The notes under the pieces were generated by a model. That model was given only the letters and a program-made list of their open reading frames with translations. It made no database searches and had not been told where the DNA came from. Made by a program: the position numbers and the translations under genes. A DNA stretch of 64,000 bases from Gammaproteobacteria bacterium. GTDB taxonomy: Bacteria; Pseudomonadota; Gammaproteobacteria; JABHGC01. The stretch is taken from positions 21,877-85,876 of the forward strand of contig JALWTS010000039.1 of NCBI GenBank assembly GCA_027077805.1, in the 5' to 3' direction. This document shows, one piece after another, positions 42,908-53,137 of this stretch; the stretch's first letter is position 1; each line of letters begins with the position of its first letter.

Positions 42908-45703
42908 ATGAGCCAGCAATTTGTCTATGGATTTAATCAAGGTGATGGAAGAAATAAACAACTACTCGGTGGTAAAGGGGCTAATTTGTGTGAAATGACC
43001 CAAATCGGGTTAAATGTTCCCCCAGGATTTGTGATTACTACGGAAGCCTGTTTAGATTATTTATCTCGAACGGATAAATCATTGCCAGATGGATTAATGG
43101 CAGAAGTTAGAGAGCATATGGCAAGCATTGAAGAAGCCACTGGCAAAGGCTTTGGCGATTCGGATAATCCTTTATTAGTTTCGATTCGTTCAGGTTCCGC
43201 AATGTCTATGCCTGGCATGATGGATACAATTTTAAATTTGGGTTTAAATCAAACGACTTTACAAGGCTTAATCCAACAAACTAATAATGAACGTTTTAGT
43301 TATGATGCTTATCGTCGTTTTATTCAATTATTTGGTAAAGTTGCCTTAGGCATTGCAGATGAGGCCTTTGATCAACCTTTTGTCCAAGCGAAAAAGCAAG
43401 CAGGGGTGGTTGCAGATGTTGGTTTAACCGCAGAACATTTAAAGGCCATTAGTCAAACATTTTTAGCCGTTGTCAAAGAACAAACGGGACGGGCATTTCC
43501 TGAAGATGTATTTGAACAATTAGAATTAGCCATAAAATCGGTTTTTAATTCTTGGATGGGAAAACGTGCGATTGATTATCGTCGTGAATTTAATATTACG
43601 CCTGAAATGGCAAATGGTACAGCAGTAAACGTGGTATCAATGGTATTTGGTAATATGGGCAATGATTCTGCGACAGGCGTTGGTTTTACCCGTGATCCTG
43701 GTACGGGTGAAAATAAAATGTTTGGGGAATATTTAACCAATGCACAAGGAGAAGATGTTGTCGCAGGTATTCGCACCCCTAAACCTGTGTCAGAATTAGA
43801 AACTGAAATGCCAGAAATGTATCGACAATTAGTTGAACTTAGAAATAAATTAGAAGCTCATTATAAAGAAGTTCAAGATTATGAATATACCATTGAAAAA
43901 GGGGTATTATATTGCTTGCAAACTCGTAATGGTAAAATGAATGCTATTGCTACGGTAAGAACATCCGTAGAAATGGTAGAAGAAGGTTTGTTAACCAAAG
44001 AACAAGCCTTAATGCGAGTAAATCCTGAATTACTAGAACAATTATTACATCCGCAAATTTCGCCTAAGGTAGAAGATAGAGCGATTGCTAAGGGTTTACC
44101 TGCATCACCTGGTGCGGCGACAGGGAAATGTGTTTTTGATGCCGATAGGGCGGAACTCATGGGTCGTGCAGGTGAAAAAGTGATTTTAGTGCGTGAAGAA
44201 ACCAAACCTGAAGATATTCACGGCTTTTTTGCGTCTCAAGGTGTGTTGACAAGCCGTGGTGGAAAAACTTCTCATGCCGCTGTGGTTGCGAGAGGTATGG
44301 GAAAAGCTTGTGTGGCTGGGGCCGAAGGTATTTCAGTTAATGTGGAAAAACGTTTGGCTAAAATTGCCAATATTGTGATTAAAGAAGGTGATTTTATTAC
44401 GATTGATGGGAGTTCTGGGGAGGTTTATTTAGGTCAAATTGATAGGGTAGAGCCTGAATTTTCTAAAGAATTGCGTACCTTACTGGCTTGGGCTGATGAT
44501 ATTGCAGAACTTAAAGTCATGGCAAATGCCGACACACCAGAAGCGGCGATTCAAGCGCGTCATTATGGTGCAATGGGCATAGGCTTATGCCGTACCGAAC
44601 GAATGTTTAATGCGATTGAACGCTTACCTTATATGATTAGCATGATTTTAGCGGATGATGTTAGCGAACGAGAACAAGCCTTAACTTTCTTACGGCAAAT
44701 GCAACGTCAAGATTTTAAAACTTTATTCCAAACAATGGCACCTAATCCTGTTACAATACGTTTATTAGACCCACCCATTCATGAATTTTTACCAACCGAA
44801 CGTGAATTAGAAAACGACATTAAAACCTTACAACAACTACGTCAGGATATTCACGGTGTTGGTGTATTATTTAATTCCTTGCCTTTACTACGACCAAATG
44901 ATAGCCATTTACCAAACCAAGCGGATATGCCGTTCAATTCTGATGGTGAACAGTTAGTGGAAGAAGCCATTGCGAAAAAACAGCATATGTTAAGAAAAGT
45001 CAGAGAATTATTTGAAGTCAATCCCATGTTAGGTCATCGTGGCGTAAGGTTAGCGATTACCTACCCTGAAATTTATGCCATGCAAATTCAAGCAGTTTTA
45101 GAAGCCGAAGCGGAATGTATTAAAGCAGGAATCGAAGTCCATGTTGAAATTATGGTGCCTCAAGTTTGTACTGTTGAAGAGTTAAGAGTGGTTAAACAGC
45201 AGGTAGCACAATTAAAACAACAAGTGGAACAACAATATCAAGTTGAGTTGGGCTTTAAATTTGGCACGATGATTGAGGTCGTTCGAGCTTGTATGCGGGC
45301 AGGACATCTGGCGGAAGAAGCGGAGTTTTTCTCCTTTGGAACCAATGATTTAACGCAAGCAACCTTCTCATTTTCTCGTGAAGATGCGGAAAATAAATTT
45401 TTACCCTTATATGCTGAGAAAAATATCTTACAAGACAATCCATTTGATGTCCTAGATGTTAAAGGCGTAGGGCAATTAATGGGTTTAAGTGTGGATTGGG
45501 GGAGACAAACTCGACCTGAATTAAAAGTGGGGATTTGTGGTGAACAAGGTGGGCATCCACAATCAATTCGGTTTTGTCATCATATTAAACTAAACTATAT
45601 TTCCTGTTCGGCACCAAGAGTGCCTATTGCTAGATTAGCTGCTGCTCAGGCAAAATTAACCGAGCAAGGGTATGAAGTGGATGAAATGATTAAGACGGTT
45701 TAA
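42908..45703 (+). CDS. ppdK: pyruvate, phosphate dikinase
   Basis: GGKGANLCEM, phosphohistidine region GGKTSHAAVVARGMGKACV, PEP-utilising C-terminus. 931 aa. Confidence 0.9.
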   Translation: MSQQFVYGFNQGDGRNKQLLGGKGANLCEMTQIGLNVPPGFVITTEACLDYLSRTDKSLPDGLMAEVREHMASIEEATGKGFGDSDNPLLVSIRSGSAMSMPGMMDTILNLGLNQTTLQGLIQQTNNERFSYDAYRRFIQLFGKVALGIADEAFDQPFVQAKKQAGVVADVGLTAEHLKAISQTFLAVVKEQTGRAFPEDVFEQLELAIKSVFNSWMGKRAIDYRREFNITPEMANGTAVNVVSMVFGNMGNDSATGVGFTRDPGTGENKMFGEYLTNAQGEDVVAGIRTPKPVSELETEMPEMYRQLVELRNKLEAHYKEVQDYEYTIEKGVLYCLQTRNGKMNAIATVRTSVEMVEEGLLTKEQALMRVNPELLEQLLHPQISPKVEDRAIAKGLPASPGAATGKCVFDADRAELMGRAGEKVILVREETKPEDIHGFFASQGVLTSRGGKTSHAAVVARGMGKACVAGAEGISVNVEKRLAKIANIVIKEGDFITIDGSSGEVYLGQIDRVEPEFSKELRTLLAWADDIAELKVMANADTPEAAIQARHYGAMGIGLCRTERMFNAIERLPYMISMILADDVSEREQALTFLRQMQRQDFKTLFQTMAPNPVTIRLLDPPIHEFLPTERELENDIKTLQQLRQDIHGVGVLFNSLPLLRPNDSHLPNQADMPFNSDGEQLVEEAIAKKQHMLRKVRELFEVNPMLGHRGVRLAITYPEIYAMQIQAVLEAEAECIKAGIEVHVEIMVPQVCTVEELRVVKQQVAQLKQQVEQQYQVELGFKFGTMIEVVRACMRAGHLAEEAEFFSFGTNDLTQATFSFSREDAENKFLPLYAEKNILQDNPFDVLDVKGVGQLMGLSVDWGRQTRPELKVGICGEQGGHPQSIRFCHHIKLNYISCSAPRVPIARLAAAQAKLTEQGYEVDEMIKTV

Positions 45704-45724
45704 ATGCTTGATTGTAAACTTTAA

Positions 45725-45747
45725 TTTTCTCCCTTTTTAGGAGAAAA
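45725..45747. terminator. hairpin TTTTCTCC-N7-GGAGAAAA between convergent ppdK and ubiI
   Basis: Perfect 8-bp stem read directly. Flanking U-runs are weak on both strands. Confidence 0.4.
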
Positions 45748-45777
45748 TTGAGTTGAGAAAATTTATAAGTTTTTAAT

Positions 45778-47001
45778 TCAAGACCTAGCCAATTTCGGCA
45801 ATTCCCCACTCATCCCCATTGCTTGAACCATAATATGATTTTTCACAGGTTGAAATTGATTCGTCAGGTTTAAGCCTTGGTTTCTTGCCCATTTTACTGG
45901 GGTGAATTGATTACCAAACAGGCGTTTAAAGCTATCCATTACCCCCATCATGAGTAAATTATCACCTTTACGCCAGCGTTCGTAGCGGCGTAAGACTTTA
46001 AAGCTGGAAAATAAACGTTGTTGTTCAAGGGCATCTTGCATGACTTCCGCTAATACTATCGCATCGAGTAAACCCAAATTAACCCCCTGCCCTGCTAAAG
46101 GATGAATACTATGGGCAGCATCACCAATTAATGCGAGTTGTGGTTGTACATATTGTTTGGCAGTTTGCAAGATTAAGGGAAATCCTGCTCTAGGACTGAC
46201 CCAGTGAATATCGCCTAAACGATAGTCAAAGGCGTGGGCTAATTGTTGACAAAACTCCGCATCGGATAGGGCTAATAGTTGTTCTGCTTTATGTTGATCT
46301 ACTGACCAAACAATGGAACATTGTTTGGGATTAACGGGTAAAAAAGCCAATGGCCCTGTGGGTAAAAAGCGTTGCCATGCGGTATTTTGGTGCGATTTTC
46401 CCGTGCTTACTGTGGCAACAATTGCTGTTTGTTGATAAGACCAACCTTGGGTTTTAATATCCGCCCATTGGCGAATTTTGGAATGACGACCATCGGCACC
46501 GATCACCACTTGGGCTTGCCAACATTGTTCAGCTTGCCATACTTGAGCCATACGCTGTTCTTGAGATAAAACTAATTTATCTAATTCAATATTGTAATAA
46601 CAGTCAATGTTTGCTACTGATTGTATTTGTTGCCATAAGCTGGCTAGTAATGCTCGTTGTTCAACAATATAGCCTAAATAATTTTGATTGATATTGCTAC
46701 AATCAAAATAAATATTACCCTCACCTTCCGCATCCCATACTTGCATTTTTTGAAAATAATAAGCATGAGCTTGAATCGCCTGCCATACGCCTAAGTTTTG
46801 TAAAATGTGAATACTGCTGTGGTTTAAGGCAAATACTCTTAAATCGGTAGTAGTTTGATCCCAATCTAAAATCGGTGGCGATTGTTTGTCAATAATAGCG
46901 ATGCTTAAACCACTTTTTTTTAAAGCACAGGCAAAGGTTAATCCAACCACTCCGGCACCGACTATAATGATATCATACTGTTTGGTATCCATTGCTATCA
47001 C
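45778..47001 (-). CDS. ubiI: FAD-dependent ubiquinone-biosynthesis hydroxylase (UbiI/VisC-like)
   Basis: YDIIIVGAGVVGLTFA Rossmann motif, GDAAHSIHPLAGQGVNLG. Second gene of a tandem ubiH-ubiI pair, as in E. coli. Paralog assignment is tentative. Confidence 0.65.
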   Translation of the reverse strand: MIAMDTKQYDIIIVGAGVVGLTFACALKKSGLSIAIIDKQSPPILDWDQTTTDLRVFALNHSSIHILQNLGVWQAIQAHAYYFQKMQVWDAEGEGNIYFDCSNINQNYLGYIVEQRALLASLWQQIQSVANIDCYYNIELDKLVLSQEQRMAQVWQAEQCWQAQVVIGADGRHSKIRQWADIKTQGWSYQQTAIVATVSTGKSHQNTAWQRFLPTGPLAFLPVNPKQCSIVWSVDQHKAEQLLALSDAEFCQQLAHAFDYRLGDIHWVSPRAGFPLILQTAKQYVQPQLALIGDAAHSIHPLAGQGVNLGLLDAIVLAEVMQDALEQQRLFSSFKVLRRYERWRKGDNLLMMGVMDSFKRLFGNQFTPVKWARNQGLNLTNQFQPVKNHIMVQAMGMSGELPKLARS

Positions 47002-48220
47002 CTTGAGTTTGAATTAAGCTAGGTAATCTTCCTGATAATCCCATGCTGTATTGGCAAAATTGTTGTTTAATTAAGGGTGAAAGTTCTAAAGCCATTAAAC
47101 CAGCACGGCGTAAGCATTTAATGGGTAAAAATGACTGATTAAATATTTCCACTAAACTATCGGTAAACCATTGGGTTTGTAATTGATCTTGGCTTCGCCA
47201 CTGTTGATAATTTTTTAGCAATGCAAAATCGTCAATGGCTTGCTTGTGATTAACAGCTTGGGTCAGTAATTCTACTAATACGGCCACATCACGCATACCT
47301 AAATTAAACCCTTGTCCTGCCACAGGATGTACAGTATGGGCGGCATTGCCCATTAATACCACTTTCGGTGCAATACATGATTGGCTACTGACCGCTTGTA
47401 ATGGATAGGCTTGACGTTGCTCTATGGCTAACCATTGACCTAGACGCTTGCCAAAATAAGATTGTACTAAAGGCAGTAATTCCTCATCCGATAAATCTAA
47501 AATATCTTTTTGATGCGGATGTTTAATACTCCAAATAATTGCAGATTGATTAGCGAGTAAGGGTAATACGGCTAAAGGGCCTAATTCAGTAAAACGTTCA
47601 TAGGCAGTATTTTTATGGGAATATTCGGTATGAACATTGGCAACCAAGGCAGTTTGTTGATAGTCTTTGCGTTTAGTGGCAAAGTTTAATTGTTGTCTGA
47701 CAATCGAACGACTACCATCAGTTGCCACTAGCAATTTTGTCGTAATTATGGTGTTGTTGTCTAAAGTAATTTCAATATCATCAACAGTTTTATGAATAGT
47801 TTGAATTTTCGAAGGACAAAACCAAGTGAGATTATTAAGCTCCGTTTGGGCTTGGGTTTGTAAATATTGTTTTAATTGCTGGCTAAGCACGACATAACCA
47901 AATGCGTCGATTGCCATATCTTGACAGTTAAAATGCGTAAAGGCAAACTTACCTTGTTCTGACACATGAATGCTTTTAATGGGTGTCGCAAAGTGGCTAA
48001 TCGCTTGCCAGAGTCCTAAATTTTGCAAAACTTGATAACTGGCACGACTTAAAGCAATGCTACGCTTATCATTGATGACAGCTTGTTTAATAATATCTTG
48101 GGATTCTATGATAGCGATATTCAGTGGTAGCTTTTTCAAGGCATAAGCAAAACTACTACCCACTAATCCCGCTCCAACAATAATAATATCAAATTTTTGA
48201 TGCTTCATTGATTTAGACAA
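46973..48220 (-). CDS. ubiH: FAD-dependent ubiquinone-biosynthesis hydroxylase (UbiH-like)
   Basis: FDIIIVGAGLVGSSFA, GNAAHTVHPVAGQGFNLG. First of the tandem pair, overlapping the next gene by 29 nt. Confidence 0.65.
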   Translation of the reverse strand: MSKSMKHQKFDIIIVGAGLVGSSFAYALKKLPLNIAIIESQDIIKQAVINDKRSIALSRASYQVLQNLGLWQAISHFATPIKSIHVSEQGKFAFTHFNCQDMAIDAFGYVVLSQQLKQYLQTQAQTELNNLTWFCPSKIQTIHKTVDDIEITLDNNTIITTKLLVATDGSRSIVRQQLNFATKRKDYQQTALVANVHTEYSHKNTAYERFTELGPLAVLPLLANQSAIIWSIKHPHQKDILDLSDEELLPLVQSYFGKRLGQWLAIEQRQAYPLQAVSSQSCIAPKVVLMGNAAHTVHPVAGQGFNLGMRDVAVLVELLTQAVNHKQAIDDFALLKNYQQWRSQDQLQTQWFTDSLVEIFNQSFLPIKCLRRAGLMALELSPLIKQQFCQYSMGLSGRLPSLIQTQGDSNGYQTV

Positions 48221-48280
48221 TTTTTTCTTAAATGATATTAATAACTATATCTAATATGCTTACAATAGCAACTTTAAATT

Positions 48281-48301
48281 TGCTATTATTTAATAATAGC
48301 A
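48281..48301. promoter_or_regulatory. perfect 21-bp palindrome TGCTATTATT-T-AATAATAGCA upstream of ubiH (candidate operator)
   Basis: Read directly. About 60 nt upstream of the ubiH start, in the czcD-ubiH intergenic region. Confidence 0.3.
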
Positions 48302-48403
48302 AGAGAGTAATAACAAGGTGATGATGTGTTATGTATATTTTTTTATATACATTAGTGCAATTACTAATAAATAATTAGCAGTCAGAGCCTGAGATTAATT
48401 TAA

Positions 48404-49339
48404 TTAAATACACCGCTCATGATTTAAACGACAATAACTATCACTGCTTTGTGTTTCAACTTGTATGGTGATATGAGAAATATTAAAATCTTGGTGTAGC
48501 CGTTGTTCAATTTTTTGCAACAATTGGTTATCAATTTCATAATAATCAACCACTAAGTGAACAGTTAAGGCAATTTCAGTCGTACTTAATGCCCATATAT
48601 GTAAGTCATGAAAGCCACTCACATTATCTAAATTAGTAAAATATTTTTTAATTTCTTGAATGTCAATATCTTTAGGAATCGCATCTAATGCCAAATTAAT
48701 CGAATCTTGTAATAAATGCCAAGTTCCCACTAAAATCACCACAACAATCACTAAACTCAATACTGGATCAAGCCACAACCATGGTTGAAACAACAAAATC
48801 ACGCCAGCAACAACCACACCAACTGATACTGCGGCATCAGCCACCATATGTAAAAAGGCTGCCCGAATATTTAAATCATGTTTTTGCCCTGCCACAAATA
48901 ATAAAGCCGTGGCAATATTAATAATCACGCCAATCGTTGCGACTATAATTACCACTTTGCTATCTACTATTTGTGGCTGTAATAAACGTTGTACTGATTC
49001 CCAAGCAATACCACCCAAGGCGATTAACAATAATATAGCACTGGCTAAGGATGCCATAACCGTTGCCTTACGAAAACCATAGGTATGATATTCAGTTGCT
49101 TGTTTATTCGCTAACACACTACCACCCCACGCCAACAATAAACTTAAAACATCACTTAAATTATGCCCTGCATCGGCAATTAATGCCATTGAACCCGCCA
49201 TAAAGCCATAACCAGCTTCAATAATTACAAATAATAAATTTAATCCTACCCCTAAAGCAAAGGCTTTATGTTGTGGATCAAGCGGAGCATGACTATGAAT
49301 ATGCTCAGGTTGATGGTGATGATGATGATGATGAGTCAT
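48404..49339 (-). CDS. czcD: cation diffusion facilitator (CzcD-like) with His-rich N-terminus
   Basis: MTHHHHHHHQPEHIHSH tail, 6 TM segments, CDF signature (SLALIADAGHNLSD), C-terminal cytoplasmic domain. Confidence 0.8.
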   Translation of the reverse strand: MTHHHHHHHQPEHIHSHAPLDPQHKAFALGVGLNLLFVIIEAGYGFMAGSMALIADAGHNLSDVLSLLLAWGGSVLANKQATEYHTYGFRKATVMASLASAILLLIALGGIAWESVQRLLQPQIVDSKVVIIVATIGVIINIATALLFVAGQKHDLNIRAAFLHMVADAAVSVGVVVAGVILLFQPWLWLDPVLSLVIVVVILVGTWHLLQDSINLALDAIPKDIDIQEIKKYFTNLDNVSGFHDLHIWALSTTEIALTVHLVVDYYEIDNQLLQKIEQRLHQDFNISHITIQVETQSSDSYCRLNHERCI

Positions 49340-49362
49340 AACAATAATTTATTATTATGTGG

Positions 49363-50370
49363 TTAAATTTTAAGTTTTTCTGCAAATTTCCTCTGCAATT
49401 TATCCACTTTAGGGGCAATATTAAAGGCACAATAAGGTTGATTTTTATGAGTATTAAAATAATTTTGATGATAATCTTCTGCAGGGTAAAAACTATCCAG
49501 AGCTTTAATTTCTGTGACAATCCTTTGTTCAAATTCTGCTTGCAATTTATCTAATATTTGTTGGGCAATCTGTTGTTGCTTGGCATTATGGGTAAAAATC
49601 GCACTACGATATTGCGTGCCTTTATCTGCCCCCTGTTGGTTTAAAGTAGTTGGATCATGGGTTTTAAAATGAATTTCGACCAGTTCCGCATAAGCAATTT
49701 GCTTGGGGTCAAAACTAATTTGAATTACTTCCGCATGCCCTGTTTTGCCCGTACAAATTTGACGATAATTGGGATTTTTCGTCTCACCACCACTATAACC
49801 ACTGACCACCGTTGCCACGCCTTTTAATCGTTGAAACAATGCTTCTGTACACCAAAAACAGCCACCACCAAAGGTGGCGAGTTCCATTGTAGTTGCATTT
49901 GAATTTGAATCTGCAACGGCACTTATTTTATTTAAAGCCAAGGCATTAATACAATAACGTAAGCTACTAGGTGCAGGGCCATCTGGAAAGACATGCCCTA
50001 AATGTGCCTCACAACAATTACAACGCACTTCTACTCGTTCCATAAAATGCGTATTATCAAGATGATAGGAAATCGCATTGTCTTTTGCTGGTTGGGTAAA
50101 CGATGGCCAGCCTGTGCCTGAATTAAATTTTTCACTGGAATCAAACAATAAACTCTCACAACAAACACAAGCATATCGCCCTGCTTCAAACAATTGACAC
50201 ATTTCAGAACTAAACGCTTGTTCAGTGCCATGTAAACGAGTAACTTCGTATTGTTCTAGCGTTAATTGTTTACGCCATTCTTTTTCAGTTTTTTCCACAG
50301 TTTTATCTGGCGTAGGATTAGCTTGTTGGGCAAATTTTAAAATATCATTCCATTTCAACATAAGCATCAC
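49363..50370 (-). CDS. msrBA: fused peptide methionine sulfoxide reductase MsrB-MsrA
   Basis: N-terminal MsrB (CVCC...CNCC zinc motif, RYCINALAL). C-terminal MsrA (GGGCFWCTEALF, GHAEVIQISFDP). Confidence 0.8.
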   Translation of the reverse strand: MMLMLKWNDILKFAQQANPTPDKTVEKTEKEWRKQLTLEQYEVTRLHGTEQAFSSEMCQLFEAGRYACVCCESLLFDSSEKFNSGTGWPSFTQPAKDNAISYHLDNTHFMERVEVRCNCCEAHLGHVFPDGPAPSSLRYCINALALNKISAVADSNSNATTMELATFGGGCFWCTEALFQRLKGVATVVSGYSGGETKNPNYRQICTGKTGHAEVIQISFDPKQIAYAELVEIHFKTHDPTTLNQQGADKGTQYRSAIFTHNAKQQQIAQQILDKLQAEFEQRIVTEIKALDSFYPAEDYHQNYFNTHKNQPYCAFNIAPKVDKLQRKFAEKLKI

Positions 50371-50412
50371 ATTTTATAATTCAACATATCTAAAATAATA
50401 GCCGAAACTCTG

Positions 50413-50431
50413 AACTATAATTGGTATAGTT
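50413..50431. promoter_or_regulatory. inverted repeat AACTATA-N5-TATAGTT in the divergent msrBA / STK promoter region
   Basis: Read directly. AT-rich, so weak. Confidence 0.25.
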
Positions 50432-50540
50432 TATAACTAAAAAATACTGATAAATAGTAATGAATAAGCACAAAAATTCACATTCAATAAACTATTTATT
50501 TGCAATATATAAAACTAAATAATAATAAATACAAATCATC

Positions 50541-52211
50541 ATGGAAAAAACCAACGTTTTAGGCACAATAAAACACACTTGGCACAGTTTGTTCAATCCT
50601 GCCGAACAAGTCTTGCCATCAAGTGATGATAGTGATAAACATCAAACGGCAATTGATCAATTGATGGAAAAAAGTTTACCGAATTTTATTCGACGGCAAA
50701 TTGTCTTGCGTTTATCAGTCGTATGTCTATCAATGACAGTGATTGCCATTATTCATACTAATCTGATTCTAGGGGTGTACGACAAAAATGATTTGGGTCA
50801 ATTTGAAACAGGTTTTTATGATCAAATCATCATTACCTCTGCGGTACTGATTTTTTTAACCTCAATGATCGTTTTTGCGTTACTAAGATTACAACAGCGT
50901 TCTGCTATGGAACATATTATTGTATTAGGCTTAGTTTATGAAGTGATCATTGCGTTTTTTATGTCACTCACTGATTATTCCATCCCTGGCGGACCTGGTT
51001 ATCAAGCCGATGGTAAAATTACTTGGGTGTATTTATGGATTACCATTTATCCCTTAATCGTGCCTTGCTCTCCGAAAAAAACCATTATTGCGGCTGCTTG
51101 TTCTTCTGCAATGGTCATGGTTGCTATGTTATTTGCTACTATGGTATTCCAAAATCCTATGCCCTCTAGCACTGCAATTTATTTAACCCTAGAAGGGTTA
51201 GTCATGGTAAGTTTTTTTGCCAGCTTAACTGCTTATATTATTCATCAATCCAATCTAGCGATTAACAAGGAACGCCATCACAGCAGTTATCAATTAGAAT
51301 CACTGTTAGGTGAGGGAAATATGGGTAAAGTTTGGCAAGCCAAACATAAAATGTTACACCGCCCTGCTGCCATTAAAATTATTGATATGGATAAAATCTC
51401 CAGTCACCCTAAAGTACAACAAGAATACATTTTACGCTTTGAACGAGAAGCTCAAAGCACGGCATCGCTGTATTCGCCTCATTCCATTTCATTATATGAC
51501 TTTGGTATCACTGAAGACGGGTCATTTTTTTATGTCATGGAAGCCTTGCATGGCATTGACTTACAACAATTAGTCAAGCAATTTGGACCATTACCTGCAG
51601 AGCGAGTGGTTTACTTGTTACTACAAATTTGTGAATCCTTAGCCGAAGCCCATCAAAAAGGCTTAGTCCATCGTGATATTAAACCTGCCAATATTTTTGT
51701 GTGCCATTACGGTATTGAATATGATTTTGTTAAAGTCTTAGATTTTGGCATGGTCAAAAGTCAAAATGAAATCACTACGCATTCATCCTCAACTACAATT
51801 AAAAATATCTCCCCAGAACTTACCCAAGCAGGCAATGTTTATGGCACCCCTGCCTATATGGCACCCGAAATGCTTAGACGTATGCCAGTGGATCATCGTT
51901 ATGATATGTATAGCTTAGGTTGTGTCGCGTATTGGATGTTATCAGGCAAACGTGCGTTTCTTGCCAAAGATATGCAAGACCTAGTAAAAAAACAGCTCTA
52001 TAATCCGCCAATCCCATTTCGCCATCGCACCAATAATCCTGTCCCTGAAAAGTTAGAACAAGTTATCTTCTGGTGTCTCGCTAAAAACCCAGATGAACGA
52101 CCTAAAGATATGCTAGAACTCATTCATGCCATTAAAGGTGTCGAAATCAATCGAGAATGGACAGGCACTAAAATGACGGCTTGGTGGCAACAGAATTTGC
52201 CAGAGTTGTGA
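50541..52211 (+). CDS. membrane-anchored Hanks-type Ser/Thr protein kinase (polytopic N-terminal domain of about 250 aa + kinase)
   Basis: Six to seven hydrophobic helices, then GEGNMGKVW, AAIKII, HRDIKPANIFV, DFG, GTPAYMAPE. Confidence 0.8.
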   Translation: MEKTNVLGTIKHTWHSLFNPAEQVLPSSDDSDKHQTAIDQLMEKSLPNFIRRQIVLRLSVVCLSMTVIAIIHTNLILGVYDKNDLGQFETGFYDQIIITSAVLIFLTSMIVFALLRLQQRSAMEHIIVLGLVYEVIIAFFMSLTDYSIPGGPGYQADGKITWVYLWITIYPLIVPCSPKKTIIAAACSSAMVMVAMLFATMVFQNPMPSSTAIYLTLEGLVMVSFFASLTAYIIHQSNLAINKERHHSSYQLESLLGEGNMGKVWQAKHKMLHRPAAIKIIDMDKISSHPKVQQEYILRFEREAQSTASLYSPHSISLYDFGITEDGSFFYVMEALHGIDLQQLVKQFGPLPAERVVYLLLQICESLAEAHQKGLVHRDIKPANIFVCHYGIEYDFVKVLDFGMVKSQNEITTHSSSTTIKNISPELTQAGNVYGTPAYMAPEMLRRMPVDHRYDMYSLGCVAYWMLSGKRAFLAKDMQDLVKKQLYNPPIPFRHRTNNPVPEKLEQVIFWCLAKNPDERPKDMLELIHAIKGVEINREWTGTKMTAWWQQNLPEL

Positions 52212-52342
52212 GAATCAAAGTTTTATCCAAACAACCCTTATTTCATCCTGACAAACAAGATACTGATACGCTAATCAAACATTGGCATTATCTCGTTGGC
52301 TTATTACCACAATCTGCTTCTAATATTTGAAAATTTAGTTTC

Positions 52343-52780
52343 TTATTGCTGTAAAACCAACTCAAATCGTTTGGTTTTATTCCATCTTAATATCTTAAAA
52401 TCACTATTATCAACTGTTAATATTTGCCCAGTATTATAGTATTCTGCTGCAATGACTAGTGATATCTCTGCCAAATCAATATCTAAATCTTGATACTTAT
52501 ATAGCAATTCAATCACTCTATTGCTAGATTCATGCTCTAAATTACATACATCAAATTCTAAACGTTGATAAGATTGCATTAAATTTATCGCAGCATCAAA
52601 CCCTACTTTATGCTTGATTAAAAAAAATGATTCATACAATACAATCCATGTAGTCACAAATCGGTAATTTGTATTAATATTCTTTTCTAACCATTTTATC
52701 GTTAGGTTATGATACTCATCTTTATGATTACTGGCTGCTAACCAAAAACTAGTATCAACCAGAATATTTTTCAAGTAAAC
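52343..52780 (-). CDS. PIN-domain (VapC-like) toxin
   Basis: NILVDTSFWLA (first acidic residue) and later conserved D/E positions. The upstream 80 nt of the ORF-track model overlaps the antitoxin; the real start is probably a non-ATG codon near 52780. Confidence 0.65.
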   Translation of the reverse strand, partial: VYLKNILVDTSFWLAASNHKDEYHNLTIKWLEKNINTNYRFVTTWIVLYESFFLIKHKVGFDAAINLMQSYQRLEFDVCNLEHESSNRVIELLYKYQDLDIDLAEISLVIAAEYYNTGQILTVDNSDFKILRWNKTKRFELVLQQ

Positions 52781-53033
52781 GCTCCTGATAATAATCTTTA
52801 TGATTGCTTGATAAGTCTGCTGGACCAGATTCATTTGACATTGAAAATGTTTTTAATAATGCGGGGACTGAAGCTGGTTTTTGGTTCTTGGTTTGTTGGT
52901 ATAGTAATTCAATGCCTGCTTTAACTAAATCAGTTTGTCCATAACCTGACTCAATAAGATATTTAACCATTAATTGGGAGTCAGTATCTAACCGTACTGA
53001 TAAACGAGTAAGTAAATTGCTAGCTTCTGCCAT
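52755..53033 (-). CDS. ribbon-helix-helix (CopG-like) antitoxin
   Basis: MAEASNLLTRLSVRLDTDSQLMVKYLIESG is an RHH beta-strand plus helix. Its stop overlaps the PIN gene start. Confidence 0.5.
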   Translation of the reverse strand: MAEASNLLTRLSVRLDTDSQLMVKYLIESGYGQTDLVKAGIELLYQQTKNQKPASVPALLKTFSMSNESGPADLSSNHKDYYQERLLEKYSG

Positions 53034-53137
53034 TATCTTGCCTTCATTATTTATTTGTCGTACAATTGTATGACAATCATAGCAATTCATCAATACTTAT
53101 TTTTATTACAAATATCCACTCAAAACTGGAATCCTAA

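Noticed and set aside
49305-49554. ORFs 49305-49532(-) and 49357-49554(+) and the (CAT)n run at 49311-49335
   Set aside because: Low-complexity translations overlapping the czcD N-terminus and the msrBA C-terminus. The CAT/CAC run simply encodes the His-rich metal-binding tail of CzcD.
52352-52377. Hairpin AAAACCAA-N10-TTGGTTTT near the PIN gene end as a terminator
   Set aside because: It lies inside the PIN coding sequence (encodes ...RFELVLQQ*), not downstream of it.
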